DNA from: Escherichia coli
GTDB lineage: Bacteria; Pseudomonadota; Gammaproteobacteria; Enterobacterales; Enterobacteriaceae
DNA length: 64,000 bases
Strand: one strand, 5' to 3'
Assembly: GCF_024298765.1 (NCBI RefSeq)
Contig: NZ_CP101210.1
Within the stretch, counting starts at the first letter, position 1. Every line of letters begins with the position of its first letter. This document shows positions 23,571 through 32,129 of this stretch, piece after piece. Made by a program: the position numbers and the translations under genes. Below the pieces are notes generated by a model. It was not told the DNA's origin and searched no databases. It saw nothing but the letters and a program-made list of their open reading frames with translations.

Positions 23571-24866
23571 TTAATTTTTCATTGCTTCGTTATGGGGCAT
23601 GGTTGGGGCAAACTCGCTTAACTGTGTATTTAACAAAGCTACCTGTGCATTATTGTTTTCAGACATCCATTTTCCGTATACCTGAAATACCATTTGCGCA
23701 TCTGCATGGCCCATCTGGTTTGCTATAAATGCCGGGTTAGCACCAGCTGTCAGCGACCAGCAGGCATAAGTATGTCTCGACTGATATGATTTTCGATGGC
23801 GGAGTCCGGCACGTTTTATCGCTGCGTCCCACATCTGCCTTATTGAGTCAACGGTAAAATGGTCACCATAATTTTTTACTCTCGCTGACACTTCAGGTTG
23901 AAAAACAAAGGTGCATTTTTGTTTTTCTGTTCTGCCATACTCTCTGAGGTGAACATCAATGATATGCTCTTTGCTCAGTCTCGTTAATGTCATCTGACTC
24001 CGGAGAGCGTCGATTGCTGGCTTAATAAGATGAATGACCCGATTGGTTCCCGCCTGTGTTTTTGGTACCGTGAAACGGTCTTTTGCTAAATTTCTCCTGA
24101 TCATCATTGTTCCATTTTTCAGATCTATGTCCTCCCATCCAAGTGCACACAGCTCACCAGGGCGAACGCCAGTATAAACAGAAACACACCATAAATTTTT
24201 TGCTTGCTGATTTCTGCACGCATCGATAAGACGGATAAATTCCTCCCGCGAAAGAGGATCCGGAATGGTTCTTGATTCCTTTAATGGCGAGATCCCCTTA
24301 AACGGATTATCTGGCAGGTAACCGTTATCAACACCAAACTGGAACACGGCGTTAAGATTTGTCATGTAATTATTTACAGTTACAGCCGATCTCCCTGGTT
24401 GTGTAACAATATAGTTACTTTTGGGGATCTGGTATCCAGTCAGTAGCTCTTTACGAACCTCCAGTAATTTTTCTTTATTAATCGATGAGGCAAGATTTTT
24501 TTCACCGATTATGCTCAGGATATTTTTGATGACGGCACGGTATGTGTTGAGTGATGTTTTGGCGACTTCAGTTTCTTTCAGTGCCAGAAATTTTTCAGCC
24601 AGTTCTTTTATGGTTAAATCTTGTCGGGCCTCACCAAATTTTTCCAGATTGCGTGAGGAGGGAAACTGTTTTGCATAGTCGAAAACACCAGTTTTTATTG
24701 CGTAACAAACAGAGGAGCGTAGTTCACCTGCAACGCGCCTGTTTTTTGCTGTGTCAGGAACCCCCAGATTTTCCCTGACTCTTACGCCTTTATAAACAAA
24801 CCAGATACGTAATTTCCCTCCATGGTTTTCCACGCCTGTCGGATATTTCATTTCAACTTCTCTCAT
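23571..24866 (-). CDS. intQ: Phage tyrosine integrase (431 aa; possible alternative start at 24851)
   Basis: C-terminal catalytic region with RHTYACW...GH and tyrosine-recombinase R/H/Y spacing; gene ends at the host junction. Confidence 0.9.
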   Translation of the reverse strand: MREVEMKYPTGVENHGGKLRIWFVYKGVRVRENLGVPDTAKNRRVAGELRSSVCYAIKTGVFDYAKQFPSSRNLEKFGEARQDLTIKELAEKFLALKETEVAKTSLNTYRAVIKNILSIIGEKNLASSINKEKLLEVRKELLTGYQIPKSNYIVTQPGRSAVTVNNYMTNLNAVFQFGVDNGYLPDNPFKGISPLKESRTIPDPLSREEFIRLIDACRNQQAKNLWCVSVYTGVRPGELCALGWEDIDLKNGTMMIRRNLAKDRFTVPKTQAGTNRVIHLIKPAIDALRSQMTLTRLSKEHIIDVHLREYGRTEKQKCTFVFQPEVSARVKNYGDHFTVDSIRQMWDAAIKRAGLRHRKSYQSRHTYACWSLTAGANPAFIANQMGHADAQMVFQVYGKWMSENNNAQVALLNTQLSEFAPTMPHNEAMKN

Positions 24867-24885
24867 TAGTTAGTGTGGCTTTTAG

Positions 24886-25137
24886 TCAAGTAAGATGACG
24901 TCTTGGTCTCGCTGATGCCTGGCGCTCAATCCAGCGATCAATTTCTTCCAGGTTGTAAAAGCATGGACTGTTATCCCATGGCATACTGTCATGAGCGACA
25001 TGCTTATATTCCCTTCCTTCCATAAACGATTTTTCCCGGGCCTTTTTTAACGTACCTTTTTTTATTCCTTTCAGCGCAATTAACTGCTCTTCGGATACCC
25101 ATTTGCCGGGAGAGACAATCATGATTACTTCGCTCAT
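24886..25137 (-). CDS. Putative excisionase / small DNA-binding protein
   Basis: Small basic ORF immediately upstream of and co-directional with int; assigned from position and size only. Confidence 0.55.
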   Translation of the reverse strand: MSEVIMIVSPGKWVSEEQLIALKGIKKGTLKKAREKSFMEGREYKHVAHDSMPWDNSPCFYNLEEIDRWIERQASARPRRHLT

Positions 25138-25209
25138 CGATTTCTTTATCTCTTACATCAGACGAGCGCCGGTTGCAGAATACCAGTCACAACCGGCGAC
25201 AGTTGAACA

Positions 25210-27681
25210 TTAAGAATCAGCCTGACTCGGGATCAGTTTTTGCCAGATAACTGAAACGTATTTTGCCTGGTAACGGGCGTCATCAAGTGCATTATGGCGC
25301 TCACCTTCGAATGGAATAGCCGTTCTGGCATCGAAGTCTATGGCTTTCCCCAGCTCAACGATTGTGCGTACATCGCGATCGTTGTAGTAACGCCACGGGC
25401 AGGGGATCCCCTGCCGTTCGTATGAACGGCGCAAAATCGTGTTGTCGAAGTTGGCTCCATTTCCCCAAACCTGAACAAAAAATTCACTGGAGTTTTCGTC
25501 GATAAATTCCCGCAATTGTAACAGTGCATCATCTAACGGGATTTCATCGGTCATAATGGCAGATTGCGCTTCGCGTGATTGCTTAAGCCACCATTTAATG
25601 GTGTCCCGATCAATGACTCCGCCAGCAGTTTCCAGATCGATAGTCTTACTAAATTCCGGTCCCATATCTCCGGTTTGCGGATCGAAAAATATTGCACCTA
25701 TTGAGATGATCGGGGCATCAGGATTTTTTCCCATGGTTTCAAGGTCGATCATTAGATGGTCACACGTCCTGCTGGTGGATGTGATTTCGTGATGACCGTT
25801 CACCTTAATTGAGTGATCTGCCGTCTCGCCAGTTTCATTATCGCTATTGTGATGCTGATTGCCGCCAGTGTTCTCCTTGTGTGGATGTTCAGCGCCTTCC
25901 ATTTCCTCCGGATCATCTTCCTGAACTTCAACCTGATACTCTTCATCGAATGTTTCTTGGTATGTTGCGTCGCCCATCACCGCGCCACAATCAGGGCAGT
26001 TGCCGCCGCCGGTCTGACCGCAGGCGGTGCAGACTTTTTCCACTTCCTGTTGCGCCACTGGTTCAGGCTGTTTCGTTTCTGGCTCGTTTTGTAACGCATT
26101 TGTGCTGTTTTGTTCCGCTTTTTGGTAGTTCCGTTCCGATTCATGCTGGTTCTGGTTCACAGAATCGCGGGTCTGGATCCCCTTAACCCATTTCGGATCA
26201 TTCGGGTCACTAATCCCTTCAACAAATTCACCACGTGATGCAGCAAGCAACTTATCGGCGTCAGGCTGGCTGATATTGGCTGCCTGCATAATTTTGTTTA
26301 CTTCGTCAGCGGTAACTTTTATCGGCTCTGGTTGTTCTGAATCTTCAGCGGTATCTACATTTTGCGGTAAGCCCGTGTATGTGCCATTTTTTCGGGCAAA
26401 ATATTCTTCTTTTGTGATTTCAGTGGCGCCAGCAGCCAGTGCCTTATCCAGACCAGAAAGTTTGTTTGCGCGACCGTATTTTTCTCCGTCCTTATCTGCG
26501 AAGAGGAAATAGAACGGCCCCTCACGCTCTACAGATGGTTCAGCTTCCGGCGCGGTTTCATTTTTTGGGATATCAGATACCTCAGTTTCCACTGCATCAG
26601 TTTGTGTTTCTGATGACTGGAGAACATCAACAGTGCCCAGGTCTGTTTCTTCATTCTCAAACACGCCCTTTGTCGTCAGGTATTCGCAGATATATTTGTT
26701 CAGTGCTATGGGATCTTTGTGAATGTCGATCGGACGCTCACGGACAAGGCCAAAAATAGTCTGGCGGTCGTAGCGAAGGGCATCAGGCTGTTTGCGCATT
26801 GATGCCGAGATACGCTTCCAGTCTTCGCGGTCGTTGTCGATAACTTCTTTTTTTGCCCAGCGATGGATGCTGCCGTCAATGTTTCCGGCATCCACATCAC
26901 CAGGCCAGAGAGCGTAGGCCAGTTCGTCATCCAGTGTTTTCCATGTCTGCTTGTATTCGCGATGAATGGCAGCAATGACCGGGCTGATTTTTCCTGTTGA
27001 ATTTTCAGTGTACTGTTGATTGGCTCTGGCGCGGGCGAGATCAACAACAGACGTGTATTTTCCGGTTTCCTTGCGTTCACCTTCGCGACGTTTTTTCCAG
27101 ATGCGCATCTCTGCCTGAATTTCGGGCCATTTAGCACCAGGAATACATTTATGCTTAACCCACCCAATGGCGTGCAACTTAAGCTCCGGATACATGGCGT
27201 TAACTTCTGGCATTTTCATCAACGCTTCAACGATATGTCCGTCGAATGTTGCCATGTCTTCCTGCAACAATTCCTGTGCGCTAATAACCATATCAACGGT
27301 GATGTTTTCACATGTGTCGAACTTAACCATGACAGCGTTCTGTACTTCAGGGGCCAGCTTGTCAAAAGTGACGTTCATCGGATCGGATTCAGTCTCAACC
27401 GGGACAAAAGAAGCAGACTCCTCATCCCAGCGGTTTTCCTGCATATATTCAGCATCCCATGAATCGAGGGCAGGGCGGGGTATGCCAGGTTTATCCTCGC
27501 AGACAATAAATTTATAAGCGCAGTCCTGAGCAGCCGGATAATGTTCCAGGAACTGCCAGTGAAATTTTGCTCGAGCACGGCGTTCGTCGCCAGCTTCAAT
27601 GGCTGTGGCTACAGCCACAGCGCCTTCTTCCCTTGTTGCCAGTTCGTCAGGAATAGCGGCGCAAATAAAGACTTTACTCAT
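25210..27681 (-). CDS. Large prophage exonuclease-like protein (823 aa) with central zinc ribbon and C-terminal DnaQ-like 3'-5' exonuclease domain
   Basis: C-terminal motifs DLETMG, WGNGANFDNTIL and HNALDDARY fit the DEDDh exonuclease pattern; CTACGQTGGGNCPDCG zinc ribbon mid-protein; occupies the position of the decayed ydfE in K-12 Qin. Confidence 0.7.
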   Translation of the reverse strand: MSKVFICAAIPDELATREEGAVAVATAIEAGDERRARAKFHWQFLEHYPAAQDCAYKFIVCEDKPGIPRPALDSWDAEYMQENRWDEESASFVPVETESDPMNVTFDKLAPEVQNAVMVKFDTCENITVDMVISAQELLQEDMATFDGHIVEALMKMPEVNAMYPELKLHAIGWVKHKCIPGAKWPEIQAEMRIWKKRREGERKETGKYTSVVDLARARANQQYTENSTGKISPVIAAIHREYKQTWKTLDDELAYALWPGDVDAGNIDGSIHRWAKKEVIDNDREDWKRISASMRKQPDALRYDRQTIFGLVRERPIDIHKDPIALNKYICEYLTTKGVFENEETDLGTVDVLQSSETQTDAVETEVSDIPKNETAPEAEPSVEREGPFYFLFADKDGEKYGRANKLSGLDKALAAGATEITKEEYFARKNGTYTGLPQNVDTAEDSEQPEPIKVTADEVNKIMQAANISQPDADKLLAASRGEFVEGISDPNDPKWVKGIQTRDSVNQNQHESERNYQKAEQNSTNALQNEPETKQPEPVAQQEVEKVCTACGQTGGGNCPDCGAVMGDATYQETFDEEYQVEVQEDDPEEMEGAEHPHKENTGGNQHHNSDNETGETADHSIKVNGHHEITSTSRTCDHLMIDLETMGKNPDAPIISIGAIFFDPQTGDMGPEFSKTIDLETAGGVIDRDTIKWWLKQSREAQSAIMTDEIPLDDALLQLREFIDENSSEFFVQVWGNGANFDNTILRRSYERQGIPCPWRYYNDRDVRTIVELGKAIDFDARTAIPFEGERHNALDDARYQAKYVSVIWQKLIPSQADS

Positions 27682-27774
27682 TTTGTTTTAACCTCATGAC
27701 AGATTTAAGGATGAACAAATCCCTGCCATTGCTGGCATATAAGAATGAAACCGGATATTTATTACGGAACTGTT

Positions 27775-27966
27775 TTAAAGACCTGCCGGGATTTCGATAT
27801 TATCCTGGTGAATAACTTTATCGACCGGGTAACAGTTACCGGGAATTTTCTGTTCGGTTGCTGCTGTCATACACTCCTGCATTGTCCTGTGAACACTGAC
27901 TGCAATATCAACTGGCTCTCCGGAAACAAGAAAAACTGTCAGAACAAGCGCAAATGCTGAATTCAT
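27775..27966 (-). CDS. ydfD: Small membrane/secreted protein (63 aa)
   Basis: MNSAFALVLTVFLVSGEPVD hydrophobic N-terminus; directly downstream of dicB as in Qin. Confidence 0.7.
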   Translation of the reverse strand: MNSAFALVLTVFLVSGEPVDIAVSVHRTMQECMTAATEQKIPGNCYPVDKVIHQDNIEIPAGL

Positions 27967-28151
27967 TGTGCACATCCTTTTGGCATCAGACGTAAACGAG
28001 CCAGCATTGAAACAATGCATATTTTATTTAATAGCTCCCGTTCTTGTTTTCTCTTGTTAATGGCATCTTCAGTAAATACAGGGTTACTGATAGTGACACC
28101 AATTTCAAAACAACCTTCAGACGTATTAACGTTTGGTAATAACGTTTTCAT
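27963..28151 (-). CDS. dicB: Cell-division inhibitor DicB (62 aa)
   Basis: MKTLLPNVNTSEGCFEIGVTISNPVFTEDAINKRKQERELLNKICIVSMLARLRLMPKGCAQ matches recalled DicB; lies downstream of dicF. Confidence 0.85.
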   Translation of the reverse strand: MKTLLPNVNTSEGCFEIGVTISNPVFTEDAINKRKQERELLNKICIVSMLARLRLMPKGCAQ

Positions 28152-28320
28152 TATCGCGTCCTCAACAATGAATTTTGTGATGCAGTGCCTGGTGCCTCCA
28201 GGTGACGTTAACCAGTTAACAATTAACGCCGGATACAGAGAATCCACCCATAACACTGTTTTTGGTTTTAACTGTTCCGCGTGCGCTTAGCCGCATTCAC
28301 CGCATCACAAAATTCACTTT

Positions 28321-28378
28321 AAAAACGGCGGCAGAGCAGTCACGGAGTAAAACTGATACCGCCAAACGTCACCAGAAA
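28321..28378 (-). ncRNA. dicF: DicF small RNA
   Basis: Reverse complement of 28327-28378 reads TTTCTGGTGACGTTTGGCGGTATCAGTTTTACTCCGTGACTGCTCTGCCGCC, the recalled DicF sequence, ending in a GGCGG/CCGCC hairpin and U-tract. Confidence 0.85.
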
Positions 28379-28653
28379 ATTGATAACAGAGGGCGTTGCA
28401 GCGGGGTTGTCACTTAAGCGTATGGTCAACCTGACAACTCGGTGTCCTCAACGGGGAAGGAATAACCCTGCCATACTTACCGCCGCGCCATTTCGCGGGT
28501 TGCCACAACCGGAAGCGCACGGTCGAATTAAATTTAACGACACCGTACAGTGAGACGAACTTCGCCGTGCGCTTTCGTGTTGTGTGCCTGCTTTTAACCA
28601 CGTCAGGCGAGGTGGTATCCTTCTTATTCCGAATAACCAAGAAGGAAATCTAT

Positions 28654-28854
28654 ATGACTAAAGAAGAATTTGTCTCTTATATTTTTGATAAAACGGTTGA
28701 AATGTATGCCGCTACTTACGGGTCCTGTAATCCTCTGAATAAACCAGAGGGGAAAGATGATTTCGACAAAATTTACCGCTTCTTGGAGGACCGCTATATC
28801 AAAAGGTTAGAGGACGCAGGGATCAAATCCCCAGTGAAGTCACCATTGTCCTGA
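28654..28854 (+). CDS. Hypothetical 66-aa protein on the strand opposite the dicA operon
   Basis: ATG preceded by AAGGAAA RBS; lies in the spacer between ydfB/C and dicF; its 3' end overlaps the convergent ydfB/C-like ORF. Confidence 0.3.
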   Translation: MTKEEFVSYIFDKTVEMYAATYGSCNPLNKPEGKDDFDKIYRFLEDRYIKRLEDAGIKSPVKSPLS

Positions 28855-29200
28855 GAACTTGCAGGACGTCATGATCGTAACTTCCATCCAAACCGCGACG
28901 GCAAATTGCTTCTCGTATTACCGGAAGCAGTTCGCTGGAAATCTCGGTGCATATTTCACCTGATAATACGCCTGGCTCAAGTGAGAATATTGGTGAACTT
29001 ACGGTCTTGGTCTCGACAGTTTCAGAGTCAGTGCCAACATTATAAAGCTCAACGAAAGCGGTCTTGATTTTCCGGGCCAGATCTTTTGCTGGCTCGCTTG
29101 CAATATCTTTCCCGATTTCTCGCAGCACAGAATGCAATGTATGAGCTGCTGTTTTCTGTACATCAGACGGTAAATCTTTAAATTCCATCGTCAGCCTCAT
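28823..29200 (-). CDS. YdfB/YdfC-like protein, single unsplit ORF (125 aa)
   Basis: Start overlaps the ydfA stop by one base; sequence (MEFKDLPSDVQKTAAHTLHSVLREIG...) spans what are two short genes in K-12. Confidence 0.6.
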   Translation of the reverse strand: MRLTMEFKDLPSDVQKTAAHTLHSVLREIGKDIASEPAKDLARKIKTAFVELYNVGTDSETVETKTVSSPIFSLEPGVLSGEICTEISSELLPVIREAICRRGLDGSYDHDVLQVLRTMVTSLGI

Positions 29201-29352
29201 CAGTCAGTGTTTCTGGCTAACCAGCAACGCGCGCCAGATTCGGTTTTAAACGTTTTGCTTTTGGTATATGTCATCGCGGTGAACGTACCGTCCTGGTTGG
29301 GGAACACGCCACATACCAGAGATTCGCTGTTGCCAAGATCGATAGTATCCAT
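29200..29352 (-). CDS. ydfA: Small protein YdfA-like (50 aa)
   Basis: MDTIDLGNSESLVCGVFPNQDGTFTAMTYTKSKTFKTESGARCWLARNTD; first gene downstream of dicA. Confidence 0.65.
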   Translation of the reverse strand: MDTIDLGNSESLVCGVFPNQDGTFTAMTYTKSKTFKTESGARCWLARNTD

Positions 29353-29466
29353 GCTGACCTCATTTCCCCTTAACGCCGGGGTCGCGGAACTGTTTGCTGA
29401 GAACACCGTGCGGTGTCTTGATGGAAAGTAATTTAGAATAACCTAACATGAGAGGCAAGTGTTTTT

Positions 29467-29484
29467 TGTTAGATTGATCTAACA
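29467..29484. promoter_or_regulatory. Operator-like palindrome TGTTAGA-n4-TCTAACA downstream of dicA
   Basis: Perfect inverted repeat TGTTAGATTGATCTAACA; same half-sites as the palindrome in the dicA-dicC intergenic region. Confidence 0.45.
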
Positions 29485-29520
29485 AAAAGAGTGGGCGCAA
29501 CTAATCACTTGAAAAGAATG

Positions 29521-29928
29521 TTATTTTATTGATTTATTTTTACGCGCTTTAAGCATTTCTTCGAAGAGTTTGTTGAAGTTTTCTACTCTTGCGCGCATTT
29601 CAGACAGCAAGGCTTCCTGCTCGGAAGATGGAAGAGCATCGAATAATTCGATCAATTCTTTGTGGTTGGGAGTTAGCTCTGTTTCCACATGAAGTTCTTG
29701 TGCAGGCACTGGTGCCTTGTCTTCGTCACCAAACATTAGCCATGTAGGTGAGCACTTCAGAGCATCCGCTAAAGCAAACAATCGTTTTCCGACTGGCTGG
29801 GTTTCGTCTCTTTCCCATTGTGAAATTGTGACGTGAGCAACTCCAGCGAGGCGCGCAGCTTCTCGTTGTGTTAAGCGTAATTCTTTTCGTCGCGCCAGAA
29901 CTCGCTGGCCTAGGGTTCTTGTATCCAT
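29521..29928 (-). CDS. dicA: Prophage repressor DicA (HTH_XRE, 135 aa)
   Basis: HTH RLAGVAHVTISQWER and C-terminal ...EMRARVENFNKLFEEMLKARK match recalled DicA; divergent from dicC. Confidence 0.9.
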   Translation of the reverse strand: MDTRTLGQRVLARRKELRLTQREAARLAGVAHVTISQWERDETQPVGKRLFALADALKCSPTWLMFGDEDKAPVPAQELHVETELTPNHKELIELFDALPSSEQEALLSEMRARVENFNKLFEEMLKARKNKSIK

Positions 29929-29950
29929 AGTTAGGTAATTCTAATTTTTC

Positions 29951-29995
29951 TTGACTTAGGTATCCCGCGCACAATAATGTTAGAAAAGTCTAACA
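29951..29995 (+). promoter_or_regulatory. Putative dicC promoter with overlapping operator palindrome
   Basis: TTGACT, a 17-bp spacer, then ATAATG; the perfect palindrome TGTTAGAAAAGTCTAACA at 29978-29995 overlaps the -10 element. Confidence 0.5.
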
Positions 29996-30005
29996 AGAGG
30001 GGGCT

Positions 30006-30236
30006 TTGATGCTTAAAGTTGACGCAATTACTTTTTTTGGCAGCAAAACAAAGCTTGCCAATGCCGCAGGAGTGAGACTGGCAAGTGTTGCTGCTTGGGG
30101 GATACTGGTTCCTGAAGGTCGCGCGATGCGTCTACAGGAGGCATCTGGCGGGGAGCTTCAGTATGATCCCAAAGTTTATGACGAATATCGTAAGACGAAG
30201 CGGGCGGGGCGGTTGAACAATGAAAATCACTCCTGA
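30006..30236 (+). CDS. dicC: Cro-like regulator DicC (76 aa)
   Basis: ...GRAMRLQEASGGELQYDPKVYDEYRKTKRA matches recalled DicC; divergent from dicA. Confidence 0.85.
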   Translation: MMLKVDAITFFGSKTKLANAAGVRLASVAAWGILVPEGRAMRLQEASGGELQYDPKVYDEYRKTKRAGRLNNENHS

Positions 30237-30741
30237 ACAGGCTCGTGAGGCTCTGGATGCCTGGATATGTCGACCAGGAATGACACAGGAGCAGGCGACG
30301 ATATTAATCACTGAAGCATTCTGGGCTTTGAAAGAGCGCCCGAACATCGATGTTCAGCGTGTCACATATGAAGGTGGCGCGGTTGATCAGCGAGCGCTTA
30401 GCGTTAATCGAGTGAAGATATTCGAACGCTGGAAGGCTATCGACACCAGGGATAAGCGTGAAAAGTTCACAGCGCTAGTGCCTGCAATTATGGAGGCTAT
30501 CCGGATTAGTGATTTCAGGTTGTATCGTGAGATCAGTGATGGAAAAAGTATTACGTACATGATCGCCGGGTTAAATAAAGAATATGGCGATGTGGTGGAA
30601 TCCGGACTGCTTTTTGCAGATCCTGCCGTTGTAGATCGTGAAACTGACGAACTTATAGAAAAAGCAATTGCTTTCAAGCTTGCGTATCGACAGCAATACC
30701 AACAAAAAGCTGGATGGAATTATGAGTCTTCTTTTTGCTGA
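30220..30741 (+). CDS. Hypothetical early-region protein (173 aa)
   Basis: ORF overlapping the dicC 3' end and coupled to the replication gene; no family recognised. Confidence 0.5.
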   Translation: MKITPEQAREALDAWICRPGMTQEQATILITEAFWALKERPNIDVQRVTYEGGAVDQRALSVNRVKIFERWKAIDTRDKREKFTALVPAIMEAIRISDFRLYREISDGKSITYMIAGLNKEYGDVVESGLLFADPAVVDRETDELIEKAIAFKLAYRQQYQQKAGWNYESSFC

Positions 30742-31687
30742 ACGCCCACTGGTTATAAACACGCAGCTGGCAATGAAAATCGGCTTAAACGAAGCCATTG
30801 TTTTGCAACAACTGCACTACTGGTTGAGAGATACCAACTCCGGTATGGAATGTGATGGTGTTCGCTGGATTTATAACACAACGGAACAATGGCTGGAACA
30901 GTTCCCATTCTGGTCAGAGTCAACGTTAAAGCGCGCGTTTGCAAGTCTGAAAACGCTGGGGCTTTTGCGTTGTGAAAAGCTCAATAAATCAAAGCGCGAT
31001 ATGACCAATTTCTACACGATCAACTATGGGAGCGAGCTTTTAGATGGTGGCAAATTGAACGAATCCATCGGTTCAAAATGCGCCGCTCCATCAGGTCAAA
31101 ATGACACGATGGAAGAGGTCAAAATGAAACGCTCCATTGGTTCAAAACGACCCAATGTCATCGGGTCAAAATGGCCTGATGATCTTACAGAGAATACAAC
31201 AGAGATTACTACAGAGAATAAAAACACTTTTCGTCCGGAAGCTTCGCAACCGGACCCGCAGACGACTGAACAGGATTTTTTAACCCGGAACCCCGACGCG
31301 GTTGTGTTTAGTGTGAAAAAACGCCAGTGGGGTAGCAGGGAGGATCTGGCGTGTGCGCAGTGGATTTGGGGGCGGATCGTGAACCTTTACGAACAGGCTG
31401 CCAGCGACGATGGAGAGATCATGCGACCAAAAGAGCCTAACTGGACAGCCTGGGCCAATGACGTGCGCACAATGCGGATGCTGGATGGCAGAAGCCACAG
31501 ACAAATTTGCGAAATGTTTGGTCGGGTACAGCGGGATCCATTCTGGGTAAAAAACATCATGAGCCCGTCAAAACTCCGCGAAAAATGGGACGAACTGGTC
31601 ATCCGCCTGGGACGTTCACCTGTACAGCGTTGTGTGAATCATATTTCTGAACCGGATACAGAAATTCCGCCTGGTTTCAGGGGATAA
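30722..31687 (+). CDS. Putative phage replication initiation protein (321 aa)
   Basis: ATG at 30722 overlaps the upstream stop; N-terminal region (LKRAFASLKTLGLLRCEK) resembles phage replication-initiator winged-helix domains; assigned mainly by position. Confidence 0.55.
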   Translation: MSLLFAERPLVINTQLAMKIGLNEAIVLQQLHYWLRDTNSGMECDGVRWIYNTTEQWLEQFPFWSESTLKRAFASLKTLGLLRCEKLNKSKRDMTNFYTINYGSELLDGGKLNESIGSKCAAPSGQNDTMEEVKMKRSIGSKRPNVIGSKWPDDLTENTTEITTENKNTFRPEASQPDPQTTEQDFLTRNPDAVVFSVKKRQWGSREDLACAQWIWGRIVNLYEQAASDDGEIMRPKEPNWTAWANDVRTMRMLDGRSHRQICEMFGRVQRDPFWVKNIMSPSKLREKWDELVIRLGRSPVQRCVNHISEPDTEIPPGFRG

Positions 31688-31727
31688 GTGTTGATTTCAG
31701 GTCATGAGATAATTTTAAGGGGGACTT

Positions 31728-32129
31728 GTGGCAAAAGTTTTTACACAAGAAGAGCGGGAAAAAATTAAAGGGCAGGTTGTTGAACTCGTACGCCGGAGTG
31801 GGCGTGAGACGTTACGGCAACTGGAAGTCAAGACAGGTGCGACAAGATATCTGATGAGCGTTCTCGCAAGAGAGCTGGTTGCCAGCGGCGATGTATACAA
31901 CTCTGGTTACGGGTTATTCCCGTCTGAACAGGCGCGTAAGGACTGGCAAAATGCCCGTAAAAAGCTCTCAAGGGCAAAGCTGAAGAAACCATCTGCGGTT
32001 GATCCGGACCTTATCTGGTCATTACCTGACGGAGAAATACGTCGCTACGACAGGCGTCAGAACATAATCTGCCGCGAGTGCCGGAAGAGTGAAGTTATGC
32101 AGCGCATACTGGCATTTTATCAGGGATAA
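31728..32129 (+). CDS. Hypothetical basic protein (133 aa), GTG start
   Basis: GTG preceded by AAGGGGGA RBS; C-terminal CxxC; no family recognised. Confidence 0.45.
   Translation: MAKVFTQEEREKIKGQVVELVRRSGRETLRQLEVKTGATRYLMSVLARELVASGDVYNSGYGLFPSEQARKDWQNARKKLSRAKLKKPSAVDPDLIWSLPDGEIRRYDRRQNIICRECRKSEVMQRILAFYQG

Noticed and set aside
28410-28640. 76-aa minus-strand ORF between dicF and the ydfB/C-like gene
   Set aside because: Lies in the presumed dicF precursor leader; basic low-complexity sequence with no RBS.
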